DNA from: a bacterium
GTDB lineage: Bacteria > Verrucomicrobiota > Verrucomicrobiia > Limisphaerales > UBA8199
Direction: 5' to 3'
Length of the DNA: 64,000 nt
Assembly: GCA_021784555.1 (NCBI GenBank)
Contig: JAJYHY010000002.1
Span: forward strand, 16,827-80,826
This document shows positions 28,126-38,197 of this stretch, one piece after another. The number at the start of each line of letters is the position of its first letter. The stretch's first letter is position 1. The notes below the pieces were generated by a model that ran no database searches, had not been told where the DNA came from, and saw only the letters and a program-made list of their open reading frames with translations. Both the position numbers and the translations under genes were made by a program.

Positions 28126-28863
28126 TTCCGCCCGCCGCGCGCCTCGATTTAGATTCGGCGCCGTGGTTCTGCGCCAGACTTTGTCCTGGTGCGCTGCTCA
28201 TTGCTGCTTCGTCGGAAAGCATGCGAGCGCGACCCGGTTTAGGCAAGGCCGGAATGTGCTCCGGACCATTCGACGACTCGAGAGCTTGGCGGTTGGCAAG
28301 CCTTGCAGGCGGAAGGACCGCCGGAGGTAGGCCGGGCGGCAAACCGGTCATCCCTGGCAACGATGGGATTTGTCAGAGGGCGCGATTATCAGGTCTCTAT
28401 TCCTGCACGGCGTGCTTGATTGCCAGGGCGCCATTGCCCCCGTCGCAAACCGTTGCTTTACGGTTTGCAGTCCGTCCGCCTGCCACGTAACTTACGGACA
28501 TGAACGAGACGTCGTACTTCCGGCTCGTTGAGCTTTCGCTGATGCCCCAAAGCTGACGCCACATGGACTGGATGGCCATCTGGACGGTGCTCCTGTCGTT
28601 GCTTGCAAGCTTGGGCGAAATGCTATCCCGACACGAGAAGAGGATTTTCCGGGACATATTCAATCGCTACTTGCCGCTTTACCTTGGAATCAACGGCACC
28701 TTCGCGCTCGCGAGCATCGCCCAACTGTTCTTCAAACCCGAACAGAAGTCTCATTAGCCGCGGTCAAAAAATGGCCAGGAATTAACAACCACAGTGTAGC
28801 CGCCGGGCGGCGGATGCCCCAAACTGTGACGGCAGATCTGGGAATCTTTGATGTCGCCATGGT

Positions 28864-29730
28864 ATGACCGCCAGTCCGAGCAGCAAACTTAATGCAAACC
28901 CATTTGGGCGGCCGCGAGATTTTCTTCAAAACAGGTTTGTCTATCTGAGGGTCTCCGCCCGCGGCGGAGGTCTCACCATCGGCGTTAACCTGAACCCGGA
29001 CAGGAAGTGCAACTTCGAGTGCGTTTATTGTGAGATTGATCGCCTCGCACCGCCCAAGGCGCCCCGGTTGGACGTGGAGCTCATGGCCGCCGAGTTGAGC
29101 CAGACTCTGGCCCTGGTCCGTGGAGGCAACCTCCGCAGCCTGCGGGCCTATCGCTCTTTGCCGGACGAGTTGCTGCAATTGCGCCATGTTGCCCTCAGCG
29201 GCGACGGCGAGCCCACGCTCTGCCCGGAGTTCCCCGAGGCCATTCAGGCCGTCATGCATGTTCGTGCCCTGGCCGGATTTGCCTTTTTTAAGGTGGTGCT
29301 TCTCACCAACGGAGCGGGACTGGGTTTGCCGCACGTCCAACAGACCATTGCCCACTTCACGCGGGCAGACCAAATCTGGATTAAGCTCGATGGCGGCACC
29401 CAGGCCTACCTCAACCGAATCAACGGCACCCGCGTGCCCCTGGAGCGTATCTTGTCGAATATCCTTTCACTGGGACGCCAAAGGCCCGTGGTTATCCAGA
29501 GCCTCTTCCCCAGCCACCTGGGCGAGCCCCCTCCCGCCGAGGAAATCGAACGCTATGCCCACCGCCTGCTCGAGTTGAAGCAGGCCGGAGCCGAGATCTC
29601 TCTGGTCCGCATCTATTCGGCGCTCCATCCCACTCGGCTTCCGGAGTACGGCCACCTGCCGCTCAAGGAACTCTCCCGCATCGCCCAAGCCGTGCGCCAG
29701 ATAGCCGACCTCAACGCTGAGGTCTCCTGA
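28864..29730 (+). CDS. Radical SAM protein
   Basis: CNFECVYC (CxxxCxxC), SGDGEPTL, LLTNG, KLDGG. Confidence 0.85.
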   Translation: MTASPSSKLNANPFGRPRDFLQNRFVYLRVSARGGGLTIGVNLNPDRKCNFECVYCEIDRLAPPKAPRLDVELMAAELSQTLALVRGGNLRSLRAYRSLPDELLQLRHVALSGDGEPTLCPEFPEAIQAVMHVRALAGFAFFKVVLLTNGAGLGLPHVQQTIAHFTRADQIWIKLDGGTQAYLNRINGTRVPLERILSNILSLGRQRPVVIQSLFPSHLGEPPPAEEIERYAHRLLELKQAGAEISLVRIYSALHPTRLPEYGHLPLKELSRIAQAVRQIADLNAEVS

Positions 29731-29743
29731 AACAGCCCTCCGT

Positions 29744-30124
29744 ATGAGAACTGATGGCCAAAACTACCTGCAGGAGCTTGCCAGCCTCCCGCCCGACACC
29801 TTTGAAAACCGCTTCTCCAGAATCTCGACCCGGCTTGGCCTGGGCCGCGCCCTCGGTCGCGATGCGCTGGCGCGGCTTTTCGAGGCGGCCCTTTCCGCCG
29901 CCCTGTGCAATATCGCCATAAATGGACTGGGCGGGTGTGAGGGCGAAATCAGGCCCGGCCAGGAATGCAATCGCATCCGGCTGGAACAGGAGTTTATGGC
30001 CGCACGCGATCAGCTTTATCGCTCGCGCGACTGGCGCAAGCTGGCGAGCGCAAAGCGAGACCCCGCCAGCCGGGTGTTTCTGACGGTGTGTGTAGCGGAA
30101 GAGAACCTGGCGAGTGGGCATTAG
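29744..30124 (+). CDS. Hypothetical protein
   Basis: 126-aa ORF 13 bp after the radical SAM gene. Confidence 0.45.
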   Translation: MRTDGQNYLQELASLPPDTFENRFSRISTRLGLGRALGRDALARLFEAALSAALCNIAINGLGGCEGEIRPGQECNRIRLEQEFMAARDQLYRSRDWRKLASAKRDPASRVFLTVCVAEENLASGH

Positions 30125-30190
30125 CCATTGATCATTTGGCATTGCCAATGCCTAATGGCAAATGCCCAATGCGTAATGAAAAATGCCGCG
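30117..30190. repeat. CAATG/CATTG heptamer hairpin element
   Basis: ...aatgcccaatgcgtaatgaaaaatgccgc is nearly the reverse complement of 9361-9425. Confidence 0.7.
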
Positions 30191-30232
30191 GGGCGCGCCG
30201 GCAAGCCGGTAACCTCAACGCTCGGCAGGCGC

Positions 30233-30970
30233 CTATTCCCCGGCGCCAACTCTGCACAACTCGATCAGGAGCCGGGCATTGGCCGGCGCCCGGACTTTGA
30301 CATCGTTATTGAAATACGCATAGACCGTTTTACCTTTGGCGGCCTGCGCGCGGATATGCTCGACCCACGGCGCCAGCTCCTCACGCGTGTAATCGTGGGC
30401 GGCGCCGCCTGTCAGACCGTGGAACCGGATATAGACCAAGTCCGCCGTGACGGTCAGGTTCCTCGGCATGAGCTGGGAGCTGACCGAGACATGGGCGGCG
30501 CCGTGCCGGTGCAACGTCTCGAAGATTTCCTCATCCAGCCAGGAGCCGTGCCGGAACTCCACGGCGTGATGGTAAGCGCGGGGGAGTTGAGAGAGGAAGG
30601 CGTCAAGCTTGCCAGCGTCTTTGTGGAACATGGGCGGGAGTTGCCAAAGAATCACCCCGATACGGCGCTGAAGTGGGCGGATGCGGTCGAAGAAGCCATC
30701 GAGCGCCTCGCCGGCATCGACCAGTTTCTTCATGTGCGTAATGAACCGGCTCCCTTTTGCCGCATAGACAAATCCGGCGGGCGCTTTGTCCCGCCAGCCT
30801 TCGACCATCTTCGCCGCCGGCAGTCGATAAAAGGTGAGATTGATCTCAACCGTCGAAAACTGAGAGGCGTAAAACTCGAAATGGCGCGATGCGGACAGGC
30901 CCGCCGGGTAAAAGCTCCTCTCCCAGCTCTTGTAGGACCAGCCGCTCGTTCCGATGTAGATTCGCTTCAC
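30233..30970 (-). CDS. DUF72 family protein
   Basis: IGTSGWSY, VEINLTFY, ILWQLPP, VEFRHGSW, YIRFHG, YFNND. Confidence 0.9.
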   Translation of the reverse strand: MKRIYIGTSGWSYKSWERSFYPAGLSASRHFEFYASQFSTVEINLTFYRLPAAKMVEGWRDKAPAGFVYAAKGSRFITHMKKLVDAGEALDGFFDRIRPLQRRIGVILWQLPPMFHKDAGKLDAFLSQLPRAYHHAVEFRHGSWLDEEIFETLHRHGAAHVSVSSQLMPRNLTVTADLVYIRFHGLTGGAAHDYTREELAPWVEHIRAQAAKGKTVYAYFNNDVKVRAPANARLLIELCRVGAGE

Positions 30971-32508
30971 CAGGCTCCGCGAATAGCCGGCTTGAGCGTC
31001 CAGCTTTGGAGCCGGGCCAACGCCAGGAGTTTCGGGGCACGAAAATCCGCCTTGTGGATAATCCAACCGCCGAACAGGCCCGGCGTATCCTTCGCAATGT
31101 GGCGGGCGGGGAGCAGTTCCGGCTCCGGGCCCAGCGCGACTCCGCCCTCGAGCGGCAGTCGGCCATCGCGCAGGTGGGCATCATACACGCCGGCCATTGC
31201 GACCAGGAACCGCGCTGGCGAGATCGGGTCCGCCCCGATAAAGACGCGCGCCGCGACACGGTGCTGGGTCTGGATGAAGTTGACGACGTCGCGCAAGGCA
31301 TCACGGAAGGCCGGCCACGCGATATGGGTCAGTTGGCCGGAGGTGGAGGGCGCACTGTCTGGACCGAACAGGCCGCGAGCCGGGAGAGGAAAAGAAGGCG
31401 CTGCTCCGCCGAGGAGCGTGTCGTCGGCAAGGGCAAGCAACTCGAACTGGTCGGCAACCGAGTAGCTTCGATTGCCGAGGGTTTGGAAATTCACTGCCGT
31501 GTTGCCATTGGCAACGAGATTCGAGGCCAGCGTTGCCAAATCTCCGGCCGATGCGCCGGTAGAGCGTACGAGGTCGGGATAAACTTCGGGCAAATCGCTG
31601 GCGGTGATGAAGCGCACACCGGGGAACGAGCGGATGTAATCGATGTATTGCCCGAAGCGCGCGAAGGCGCCGTCGATGTCCGCCTGGGACCGCTCCGGCG
31701 GGGCCTTCCATTGCTCGCGAGGCGGGTTGGCGCCGCGGCTGAAGTTGACCGCGTCCCAGAACTTCTGGTGGATGAATTCGCAGGGATGATAATAGATGCT
31801 GATCAGGCCGCCTCCCGCCTTGCGGAGCCGTTGGACGACGGCGGCAAAGGCCCGTTCACCGGGTTGAACCGCGGCCGGATCGTGCAGTTCCATTCGCGTG
31901 CAGTTCTCACCCATATTGAAAACCGTCAGGGCATTTTCATACCAGAAGGGCTGGTGGTTGAGCCCTACGTCATCCCCCTCATCGACGTAACAGGGCACTC
32001 CGTGTGGGGCGACGCCGATCTGCTTGAGCGCGGCTACGGCTTGAGGCGCCCAGGAGGAGCCCGGCTGTCCGTAACAGGCCAGGGTCTTCACCGAGAAAAT
32101 CCTCCGCACGTCCGCCGCGCCGGGACCTTCGCGCCGCACGAACTCCGCTATCCCGTCCAGCCAGCCGCAATCGGCCAGGTACTCCGTTGGGGTGGGATGG
32201 ACGGAATGGAAATTGGAGTGATAAGCGATGGTGTGCTTCCGGAGCGCGTTAATCACATCGAAGCGTCCGCGCCGCTCCAGCGTCCGGGCCTTTTCGCCAA
32301 CGACCTTGAAGGTGGCGCGGATGTGGCGCTCGGTCAGCATCTCCGCGATTCGCTTGGCGGAGTCATCCGATGCCGGGAGCATGTAATCTTCGGTGTCGAA
32401 CCAGAGGATAACGTCAATTCTGGGCTGTTGGGCCAAGGCGCAAAGCCCAAGGAACAACGGCACAAGCAAAGAGATGAGCAGTCGAAGGATGCGGGCATTA
32501 GGTTTCAT
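30967..32508 (-). CDS. Secreted polysaccharide-deacetylase-like protein
   Basis: Signal peptide; WFDTED, ATFKVVG, YHSNFHSVHP, YYHPCEF. Confidence 0.6.
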   Translation of the reverse strand: MKPNARILRLLISLLVPLFLGLCALAQQPRIDVILWFDTEDYMLPASDDSAKRIAEMLTERHIRATFKVVGEKARTLERRGRFDVINALRKHTIAYHSNFHSVHPTPTEYLADCGWLDGIAEFVRREGPGAADVRRIFSVKTLACYGQPGSSWAPQAVAALKQIGVAPHGVPCYVDEGDDVGLNHQPFWYENALTVFNMGENCTRMELHDPAAVQPGERAFAAVVQRLRKAGGGLISIYYHPCEFIHQKFWDAVNFSRGANPPREQWKAPPERSQADIDGAFARFGQYIDYIRSFPGVRFITASDLPEVYPDLVRSTGASAGDLATLASNLVANGNTAVNFQTLGNRSYSVADQFELLALADDTLLGGAAPSFPLPARGLFGPDSAPSTSGQLTHIAWPAFRDALRDVVNFIQTQHRVAARVFIGADPISPARFLVAMAGVYDAHLRDGRLPLEGGVALGPEPELLPARHIAKDTPGLFGGWIIHKADFRAPKLLALARLQSWTLKPAIRGAW

Positions 32509-32594
32509 GCCACCAGTGTTATCCCGCGGGCAGGTGGCTGGCAAGCGCAGGTTAGCATTTGCCATCCATTGTGATTGTGCCCACGATAGGCGCG

Positions 32595-34919
32595 ATGAAG
32601 CTTATCCGACTCGATGAATTGCTCGCGATAGCCTGGCTCGCCGCTCCGGCCTGTATTTGCGGCGCCCACCCCGTTGCCGGCACCGCGCCATTGACCCTGC
32701 AAGGCGACCTTGCCTCGAACATGGTGGCGGGCGTGGACCGATTCCTGTTGCGCAAGCTGGATGAATCGTCCGCGACGCGCTCACGGTTCTGGCACCGGGA
32801 TTTTTCCTCATGGACAGCCTACGAGCAATCGCTGGCAACCAACCGGCAGCGCCTGGAGTATATCCTCGGCGCGCGCGACCACCGAGTGCGTCACGTCGAA
32901 CTCGAACTCATTGCCACCCCGAACCGCTCGGCGCTCCGCGGGCGCGGCCACGGCTACCAGGTGTTTGCCGTGCGCTGGCCGGCATTCGGAGACGTGACGG
33001 GCCAAGGGTTGCTGCTGACGCCAACCCATGGCACGCCCATCGCCAATGTGGTCGCCATCCCCGACGCGGACCAGACCCCCGAACAGCTCGCCGGATTGGC
33101 CGGCGGGATTGCGCCCGAAAGCCAATTTGCGCGGCGCCTGGCCGAAAGCGGCTGCCGGGTGATCGTACCCGTGCTGATCAACCGGCACATCGACGCTCAA
33201 CGGAAGCTCTCCAACCGGGAGTTCATTTATCGGCCGGCCTACGAACTGGGCCGGCATATCATCGGCTACGAGATCGAAAAGGTATTGGCGGCCATTGACT
33301 GGCTCAGAAGGGAAACGCCGGGCGCCGCTATCAAGACCGGCGTCATCGGCTGGGGCGAGGGCGGTTTGCTCGCCTTTTACGCCGGCGCGCTCGACACCCG
33401 CATCGCCGCGACGTCCGTTAGCGGTTACTTCGAGGAGCGCCGCCAGGTTATCTGGCGGCAGCCGGTGACTCGGAACGTCTTTGGGCTGCTGGAAGAGTTT
33501 GGGGATGCGGAGGTGGCGGCGATGATCGCTCCCCGCGCCCTGATCATCGAAGCCGCGCATGGGCCGGAAGTAACGATGCCCGGCGGCGATGCCTACACCC
33601 CGGCGCAACGGGGCTGCGGCGCGCCCGGCGTCCTCCGCTCTCCCAGGCTGCAAAACGTCCGCCGTGAATTTGAGCGAGCCCGCTCGTTGGTGGCCGCATT
33701 GCGCCCATCGCCGCGCCTGGAGTTGGTCGTGACCGGAGAATCCGGGCAAGGGCCGTTTGGCAGTGAAGAGGCGTTGCGAGGCTTCCTTGGCGCGCTGGCT
33801 GACAATGCTCGTCTGGCGCCGGAGGGGGCGCCGCCCACAAACCTGTGGCCGGACTTTGATCCGGCGGTGCGGCAGGCCGAGCAATTGCATGAGTTGGACC
33901 GCCACAACCAGCGCCTGCTGGCTGAGAGCCCGTACGTACGCCGGAAGTTTATGGCCGAACTGGACACCTCTTCGCCAGCCAAATTCCGGCAAACCGCTGC
34001 CTGGTATCGCAACTATTTCTACCGCCAGGTGATTGGCCGTTTCGATGAGCCCCTCCTGCCGGCCAATCCCCGTTCACGGCAGATATACGACACACCGCAA
34101 TTCACCGGCTACCGGGTGGTGCTCGACGTGTTTCCCGACGTTGTCGCCGAGGGGATTCTGCTGGTGCCGAAGGACCTCAAGCCTGGTGAACGGCGCCCGG
34201 TCGTAGTCTGCCAGCACGGCTTGGAGGGCCGTCCGCGGGAAACGATCAACGGCAACAGCCACTACTATCACAATTTCGCCGCCAGGCTTTGCGAGCAGGG
34301 GTTCATCACCTTCTCGCCTCAGGGCCTCTTCATTTTCGAGGATCGGTTCCGCACACTTCAGCGCAAGGCCAATCCGCTGGGCAAGACCTTGTACTCGATC
34401 ATGGTGCCTCAACACCAGCAGATCACCGACTGGCTCAAAACGCTGCCCTTCGTCGATCCGGCGCGAATTGCCTTTTACGGCCTGAGCTACGGCGGCAAGA
34501 CGGCGATGCGCGTGCCGGCGCTGGTGACAAACTATTGCCTCTCCATCTGCTCCGGAGACTTTAACGACTGGGTATGGAAGTGCGCTTCGACTCTCAGCCC
34601 CTACAGTTATGTGCGGCTGCCTGAATACGAAATCTTCGAGTTCGACCTGGGCGACACCTTCAATTACTCGCAGATGGCCGCCTTGATCGCTCCGCGCCCG
34701 TTTATGGTGGAACGAGGGCATTTCGATGGGGTGGCGCCGGACGACAGAGTGGCTTACGAGTTTGCCAATGTCCGTTACCTGTATGAAGCGCGATTAGGTC
34801 TCCACGACCAGTGCCGCATCGAATGGTTCAACGGGCCGCACACCATCCATGGCGTGGGGACTTTCCAATTCCTCCACCAGCACCTGGATTGGCCTCGCCA
34901 GGGGTCGGCAACGCAATAG
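32595..34919 (+). CDS. Tandem alpha/beta-hydrolase (dienelactone hydrolase-like) protein
   Basis: Two hydrolase-like halves: GWGEGG (no Ser) and GLSYGG; RPVVVCQHG. Confidence 0.7.
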   Translation: MKLIRLDELLAIAWLAAPACICGAHPVAGTAPLTLQGDLASNMVAGVDRFLLRKLDESSATRSRFWHRDFSSWTAYEQSLATNRQRLEYILGARDHRVRHVELELIATPNRSALRGRGHGYQVFAVRWPAFGDVTGQGLLLTPTHGTPIANVVAIPDADQTPEQLAGLAGGIAPESQFARRLAESGCRVIVPVLINRHIDAQRKLSNREFIYRPAYELGRHIIGYEIEKVLAAIDWLRRETPGAAIKTGVIGWGEGGLLAFYAGALDTRIAATSVSGYFEERRQVIWRQPVTRNVFGLLEEFGDAEVAAMIAPRALIIEAAHGPEVTMPGGDAYTPAQRGCGAPGVLRSPRLQNVRREFERARSLVAALRPSPRLELVVTGESGQGPFGSEEALRGFLGALADNARLAPEGAPPTNLWPDFDPAVRQAEQLHELDRHNQRLLAESPYVRRKFMAELDTSSPAKFRQTAAWYRNYFYRQVIGRFDEPLLPANPRSRQIYDTPQFTGYRVVLDVFPDVVAEGILLVPKDLKPGERRPVVVCQHGLEGRPRETINGNSHYYHNFAARLCEQGFITFSPQGLFIFEDRFRTLQRKANPLGKTLYSIMVPQHQQITDWLKTLPFVDPARIAFYGLSYGGKTAMRVPALVTNYCLSICSGDFNDWVWKCASTLSPYSYVRLPEYEIFEFDLGDTFNYSQMAALIAPRPFMVERGHFDGVAPDDRVAYEFANVRYLYEARLGLHDQCRIEWFNGPHTIHGVGTFQFLHQHLDWPRQGSATQ

Positions 34920-34933
34920 ATGGGGTAGTGTAT

Positions 34934-36127
34934 ATGAGCTGTTCTGGAACCGAAAGAGTTGTTAGCCTGCTGAAGACGTTGGTTGCATTCGATACGGTAA
35001 GCGAACACAGCGATTATCAGTGCGCCGCGTTCGTGGAGTCCCAGCTTAGCCAATCTGGCGCGCGCACTGGAATCATCAGTGAAGAGGTTGGAGGGGTTCA
35101 GAAATGCTCTGTTTACGGAGTATTTGGGCCAATGAACGAACGTGGGCTTGTTGTCTGCGGTCATCTCGACACTGTTCCATTTGAAGGTCAAGAGGGTTGG
35201 CAGAGCCCACCACTGGGGTTGTCGCGTCGCGGTGACAGGCTCCACGGCCGTGGAACGGCTGACATGAAGGGGTTTATAGCACAGTGTTTGGCGGCAGCGC
35301 CCTTACTCAAGCGTGAATCCCTAAGGCGGCCTATCATCTTTCTCTTTACCTGTGATGAGGAATTAGGTGGCGCCGGTTCACGGCGGCTATGTCCACGGCT
35401 GGAGAACCTCTTGCCATGCAAGTTGCCGCTAGAAGGATGGATTGGAGAACCGACCGCCTACCGTGTGCTGTCAGCGCAAAAGGGCTACATCACTTTCAAC
35501 GTTGTAGTTCGTGGGGTTGGCGGCCACAGCAGCACACCCGACAATGGGTGTAATGCGATTACCGCGGCGGCTATCGTTGTCGAGGCCATGGCGCGCCTGG
35601 ACCGGGCCTGGGCAACAGGGGTGGGATCCGTGAAAGATCCGGCCTTTCAAGGCTCGCCAACCAGCCGCTTAAATGTAGCGCGCATCTGCGGCGGTAGCGC
35701 CTTGAACATGATCCCCGAATCTTGCGAATTGGCAGTGAGTATTCGCGTGGTTCCGACAGACAATACCGGCGCTTTGCTTCAGCAAGTGCGGGACGAGATG
35801 CATTCGGCTTTGCAGCGCGCCTACGCGAGCGTCCCAGTGACACCGTCGCTTCAGGTCTCAACGCCGGTGATCACTCCTGGCATGGCCTCATCGGGAAATG
35901 CGAGTATTGAACGGTTGTTGAAAAAGCAGCTTGGGCAAGCAGCCCGAGAAGGAGCGCCGTTCGCAACTGATGCAGGCAGCTTGGCGGAGATTGGCTGTGA
36001 GTGCGCGGTCTGCGGGCCGGGGCAGTTAGAGCAGGCCCATCAGGCTAACGAGTTCATTGGAATCCAGCCGCTATTGTCGGGGGTTGATTTAATCGTAAAC
36101 GTATGTCAGGCGTGGTCCGGACTATGA
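34934..36127 (+). CDS. M20 peptidase / acetylornithine deacetylase-like
   Basis: GHLDTV, GRGTADMKG, DEE, IGEPT, GHSS, AHQANE. Confidence 0.82.
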   Translation: MSCSGTERVVSLLKTLVAFDTVSEHSDYQCAAFVESQLSQSGARTGIISEEVGGVQKCSVYGVFGPMNERGLVVCGHLDTVPFEGQEGWQSPPLGLSRRGDRLHGRGTADMKGFIAQCLAAAPLLKRESLRRPIIFLFTCDEELGGAGSRRLCPRLENLLPCKLPLEGWIGEPTAYRVLSAQKGYITFNVVVRGVGGHSSTPDNGCNAITAAAIVVEAMARLDRAWATGVGSVKDPAFQGSPTSRLNVARICGGSALNMIPESCELAVSIRVVPTDNTGALLQQVRDEMHSALQRAYASVPVTPSLQVSTPVITPGMASSGNASIERLLKKQLGQAAREGAPFATDAGSLAEIGCECAVCGPGQLEQAHQANEFIGIQPLLSGVDLIVNVCQAWSGL

Positions 36128-36137
36128 CCAGATTCAT

Positions 36138-36263
36138 CGCAACTGCTCAGGCCGAGCCGCCGGACGCATGCGATAGGAGCGCGGACGCCCTCGTCCGCGT
36201 CTCCGGAAAGCCGCGGTCGCGGACGAAGGCGTCCGCGCTCCAATCACCACCTGGGCAGTTGCG
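36138..36263. repeat. ~125-bp MITE/REP-doublet element, family A, copy 1
   Basis: Ends CGCAACTGCTCAGG and CCTGGGCAGTTGCG; internal GGAGCGCGGACGCCCTCGTCCGCG with inverted partner. Confidence 0.8.
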
Positions 36264-36265
36264 AC

Positions 36266-37126
36266 TCACCCCACCGCGGGGTCCGCGATAGCCGCTGTGG
36301 CCTGCGGAACGGTTGCCGACAGGGCGGTTCCCAGGCGCATTCGTGTGAGATTTCGAAGGGCGGTGAACCCGAGCCGTCCGACTGTTGCGGTGGCGATCTC
36401 GTTCTGTTCCGGCGCATCCCAAATGACGGAAAACTCGCCCGGCACAAGCAGTAGATCCTCGGCCAGGCAGATTGCCGCTGTTGGCTCGGTGCAAACCAGC
36501 GGACCGATGCACCGGCTTTCCGCGCCCGGACGCAACAAGCCCCAACCCTTGATTTGACCTTGGGCCGGCCAGACGAGCGCGGCGTAGCTGCCGGTCGCCA
36601 GTAGTCGCAGCAATCTCGGGCGAGGAACCCCAACGGCAGCCGCGTCGATCTTTTCAACGGAGGGCCAATCCTGTTCTGACATCTCCCGCGTGGTCGCAAC
36701 ATGCTCCGGCAGGAGTGGCCTACGCGCCGGAGGTCGCCGCCATCGTGTGATCCGCCATTCCGGGGCAAAGCCCAGCCGCTCGTACAAGGGCTGACCGGCG
36801 GGGGTGGCATCGAGTCGCACGCACCGCACACCCGAATCCCGCAGGTGACTAAGCGCCCGCCGCATCAAGGCCGTTGCAATGCCCTGTCGGCGGTGCTCGG
36901 GATGCACGAGCATCATGCCGATCCAGGCCAGGGCTTGGCCATAAGCAGTCGTTGTGACCGTTCCCACAAGCTGTCCGTTCCGCATTGCTACGAAGCAGCC
37001 GACGGGCTCCAATCGAAGCAGTTGCTGCCAATCCTCCCGCCTCTGGTTCCATCCCGCCAGTCGCCGCAATTCATCGGCCGCCACCACGTCCGTTTCCTCC
37101 ATTCGACGCAAGGAAAAATCAGCCAT
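36266..37126 (-). CDS. GNAT N-acetyltransferase (YitH-like)
   Basis: GWNQ, AWIGMMLVHPEHRRQGIA, LDATPAGQPLYERLGF. Confidence 0.88.
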   Translation of the reverse strand: MADFSLRRMEETDVVAADELRRLAGWNQRREDWQQLLRLEPVGCFVAMRNGQLVGTVTTTAYGQALAWIGMMLVHPEHRRQGIATALMRRALSHLRDSGVRCVRLDATPAGQPLYERLGFAPEWRITRWRRPPARRPLLPEHVATTREMSEQDWPSVEKIDAAAVGVPRPRLLRLLATGSYAALVWPAQGQIKGWGLLRPGAESRCIGPLVCTEPTAAICLAEDLLLVPGEFSVIWDAPEQNEIATATVGRLGFTALRNLTRMRLGTALSATVPQATAAIADPAVG

Positions 37127-38195
37127 TCAACCACTTATCTCCGTTTTCCCTAACAAATGCATCATCCTTAAGCTGCGGGTAGGCTTGGCAGACCCGGTCG
37201 ATTTCCTCAGCCTGCCCCGCCGAAAGCCGTAGGCCGGGCTCCAGGCACCAAGTCCCCTCGAGCAACCCTTGGCGCCGGAGCATTTCGTGAATGCCTGGAA
37301 TGCAGCCGGCAAAGCCGTTGGCCGCGTCGAACACGGCTGCATTGCAGTCCATCACCTGTGCGCCAAGAGAGAGCAACTCCGCCGGAATGCTCCTGGTTGA
37401 GCGAGCTCGCCGGCATTGCTCGAACAGTTCGACTGCCCGACGGGTCCAAAACGCCCAATGGCCCAGCAGACCGCCTGCGATTCGCACATGCGCTTCACCA
37501 CAACGCCCCGGCAGAACATACTCGGTGAGCAGGTCGGGAATGATGTTATCATCATTGCCGGTGTAAAGAGCCACTTCCCCCGCGCGCCCAACCTCGGCTA
37601 CTGCCCGCACAACATCGAGCGTCTGGTAACGGTTAAAGGGGGCAATCTTGATGGCAACTACGTTCGGAATCTCAAGAAAGCGCCGCCAGAACGCGGGCGA
37701 CAGTGCCCTGCCGCCGACTGCGGGCTGGAGATAGAAACCGAACAGGGGCAGCTCACGGGCAACTGCAACGCAATGTCCTATCAGCTCCTGGTCGTCTGAC
37801 TCCCGGAAAGCCCCGAGCGAGAGGAGGCCCGCATGAAACCCAAGCCTCCGAGCCAGGATGGCTTCGGAAACCGCCTGGCCGGTGCGACCGCAAACGCCGG
37901 CGATACGCACCGTCTGCCTGCGGGCATCTGTGTCGCACTGGCTGAGGGTGGCCGAGGCCAGTTCAAGCACCGGCTTTAGAAGCCCGTGCTTGGGATCGCG
38001 AATGGCGAACTGAGTCGTGTGAACGGCGAGGGCCAAACCGCCTGCTCCCGCGGCATGATAGTAGCGCGTGAGGGCGCGCTGCCTGCGCTCGTCCAACCTG
38101 TGGGCCGGTGTAAGCGCCAGTGGATGAGCCGGTATCACTTGGCCCTCCAGAAGCGCTGCCTGAACCCAGCGGGGCGGTGAAGGAAAGGAGGACAT
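37119..38195 (-). CDS. Dihydrodipicolinate synthase-family aldolase
   Basis: VIPAHPLAL, AVHTTQF, FYLQPAVGG, AIKIAPF, YTGNDD. Confidence 0.82.
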   Translation of the reverse strand: MSSFPSPPRWVQAALLEGQVIPAHPLALTPAHRLDERRQRALTRYYHAAGAGGLALAVHTTQFAIRDPKHGLLKPVLELASATLSQCDTDARRQTVRIAGVCGRTGQAVSEAILARRLGFHAGLLSLGAFRESDDQELIGHCVAVARELPLFGFYLQPAVGGRALSPAFWRRFLEIPNVVAIKIAPFNRYQTLDVVRAVAEVGRAGEVALYTGNDDNIIPDLLTEYVLPGRCGEAHVRIAGGLLGHWAFWTRRAVELFEQCRRARSTRSIPAELLSLGAQVMDCNAAVFDAANGFAGCIPGIHEMLRRQGLLEGTWCLEPGLRLSAGQAEEIDRVCQAYPQLKDDAFVRENGDKWLNG

Positions 38196-38197
38196 GT

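Larger units (their letters stand above)
18293..28800. mobile_element. Decayed integrative island adjacent to tRNA-Ala; right boundary approximate
   Basis: tRNA plus integrase, accessory cargo and many truncated genes; host-like genes resume at 28864; no second att copy found by eye. Confidence 0.65.

Noticed and set aside
28864-29730. Radical SAM as a tailoring enzyme of the graspetide
   Set aside because: 7 kb away, outside the inferred island, with no SPASM or RRE features visible.
30889-32574. Long opposite-strand ORFs (also 49258-50790, 57857-59725, 40902-42125, 11172-12413)
   Set aside because: Antisense shadows of well-supported genes, expected in high-GC DNA.
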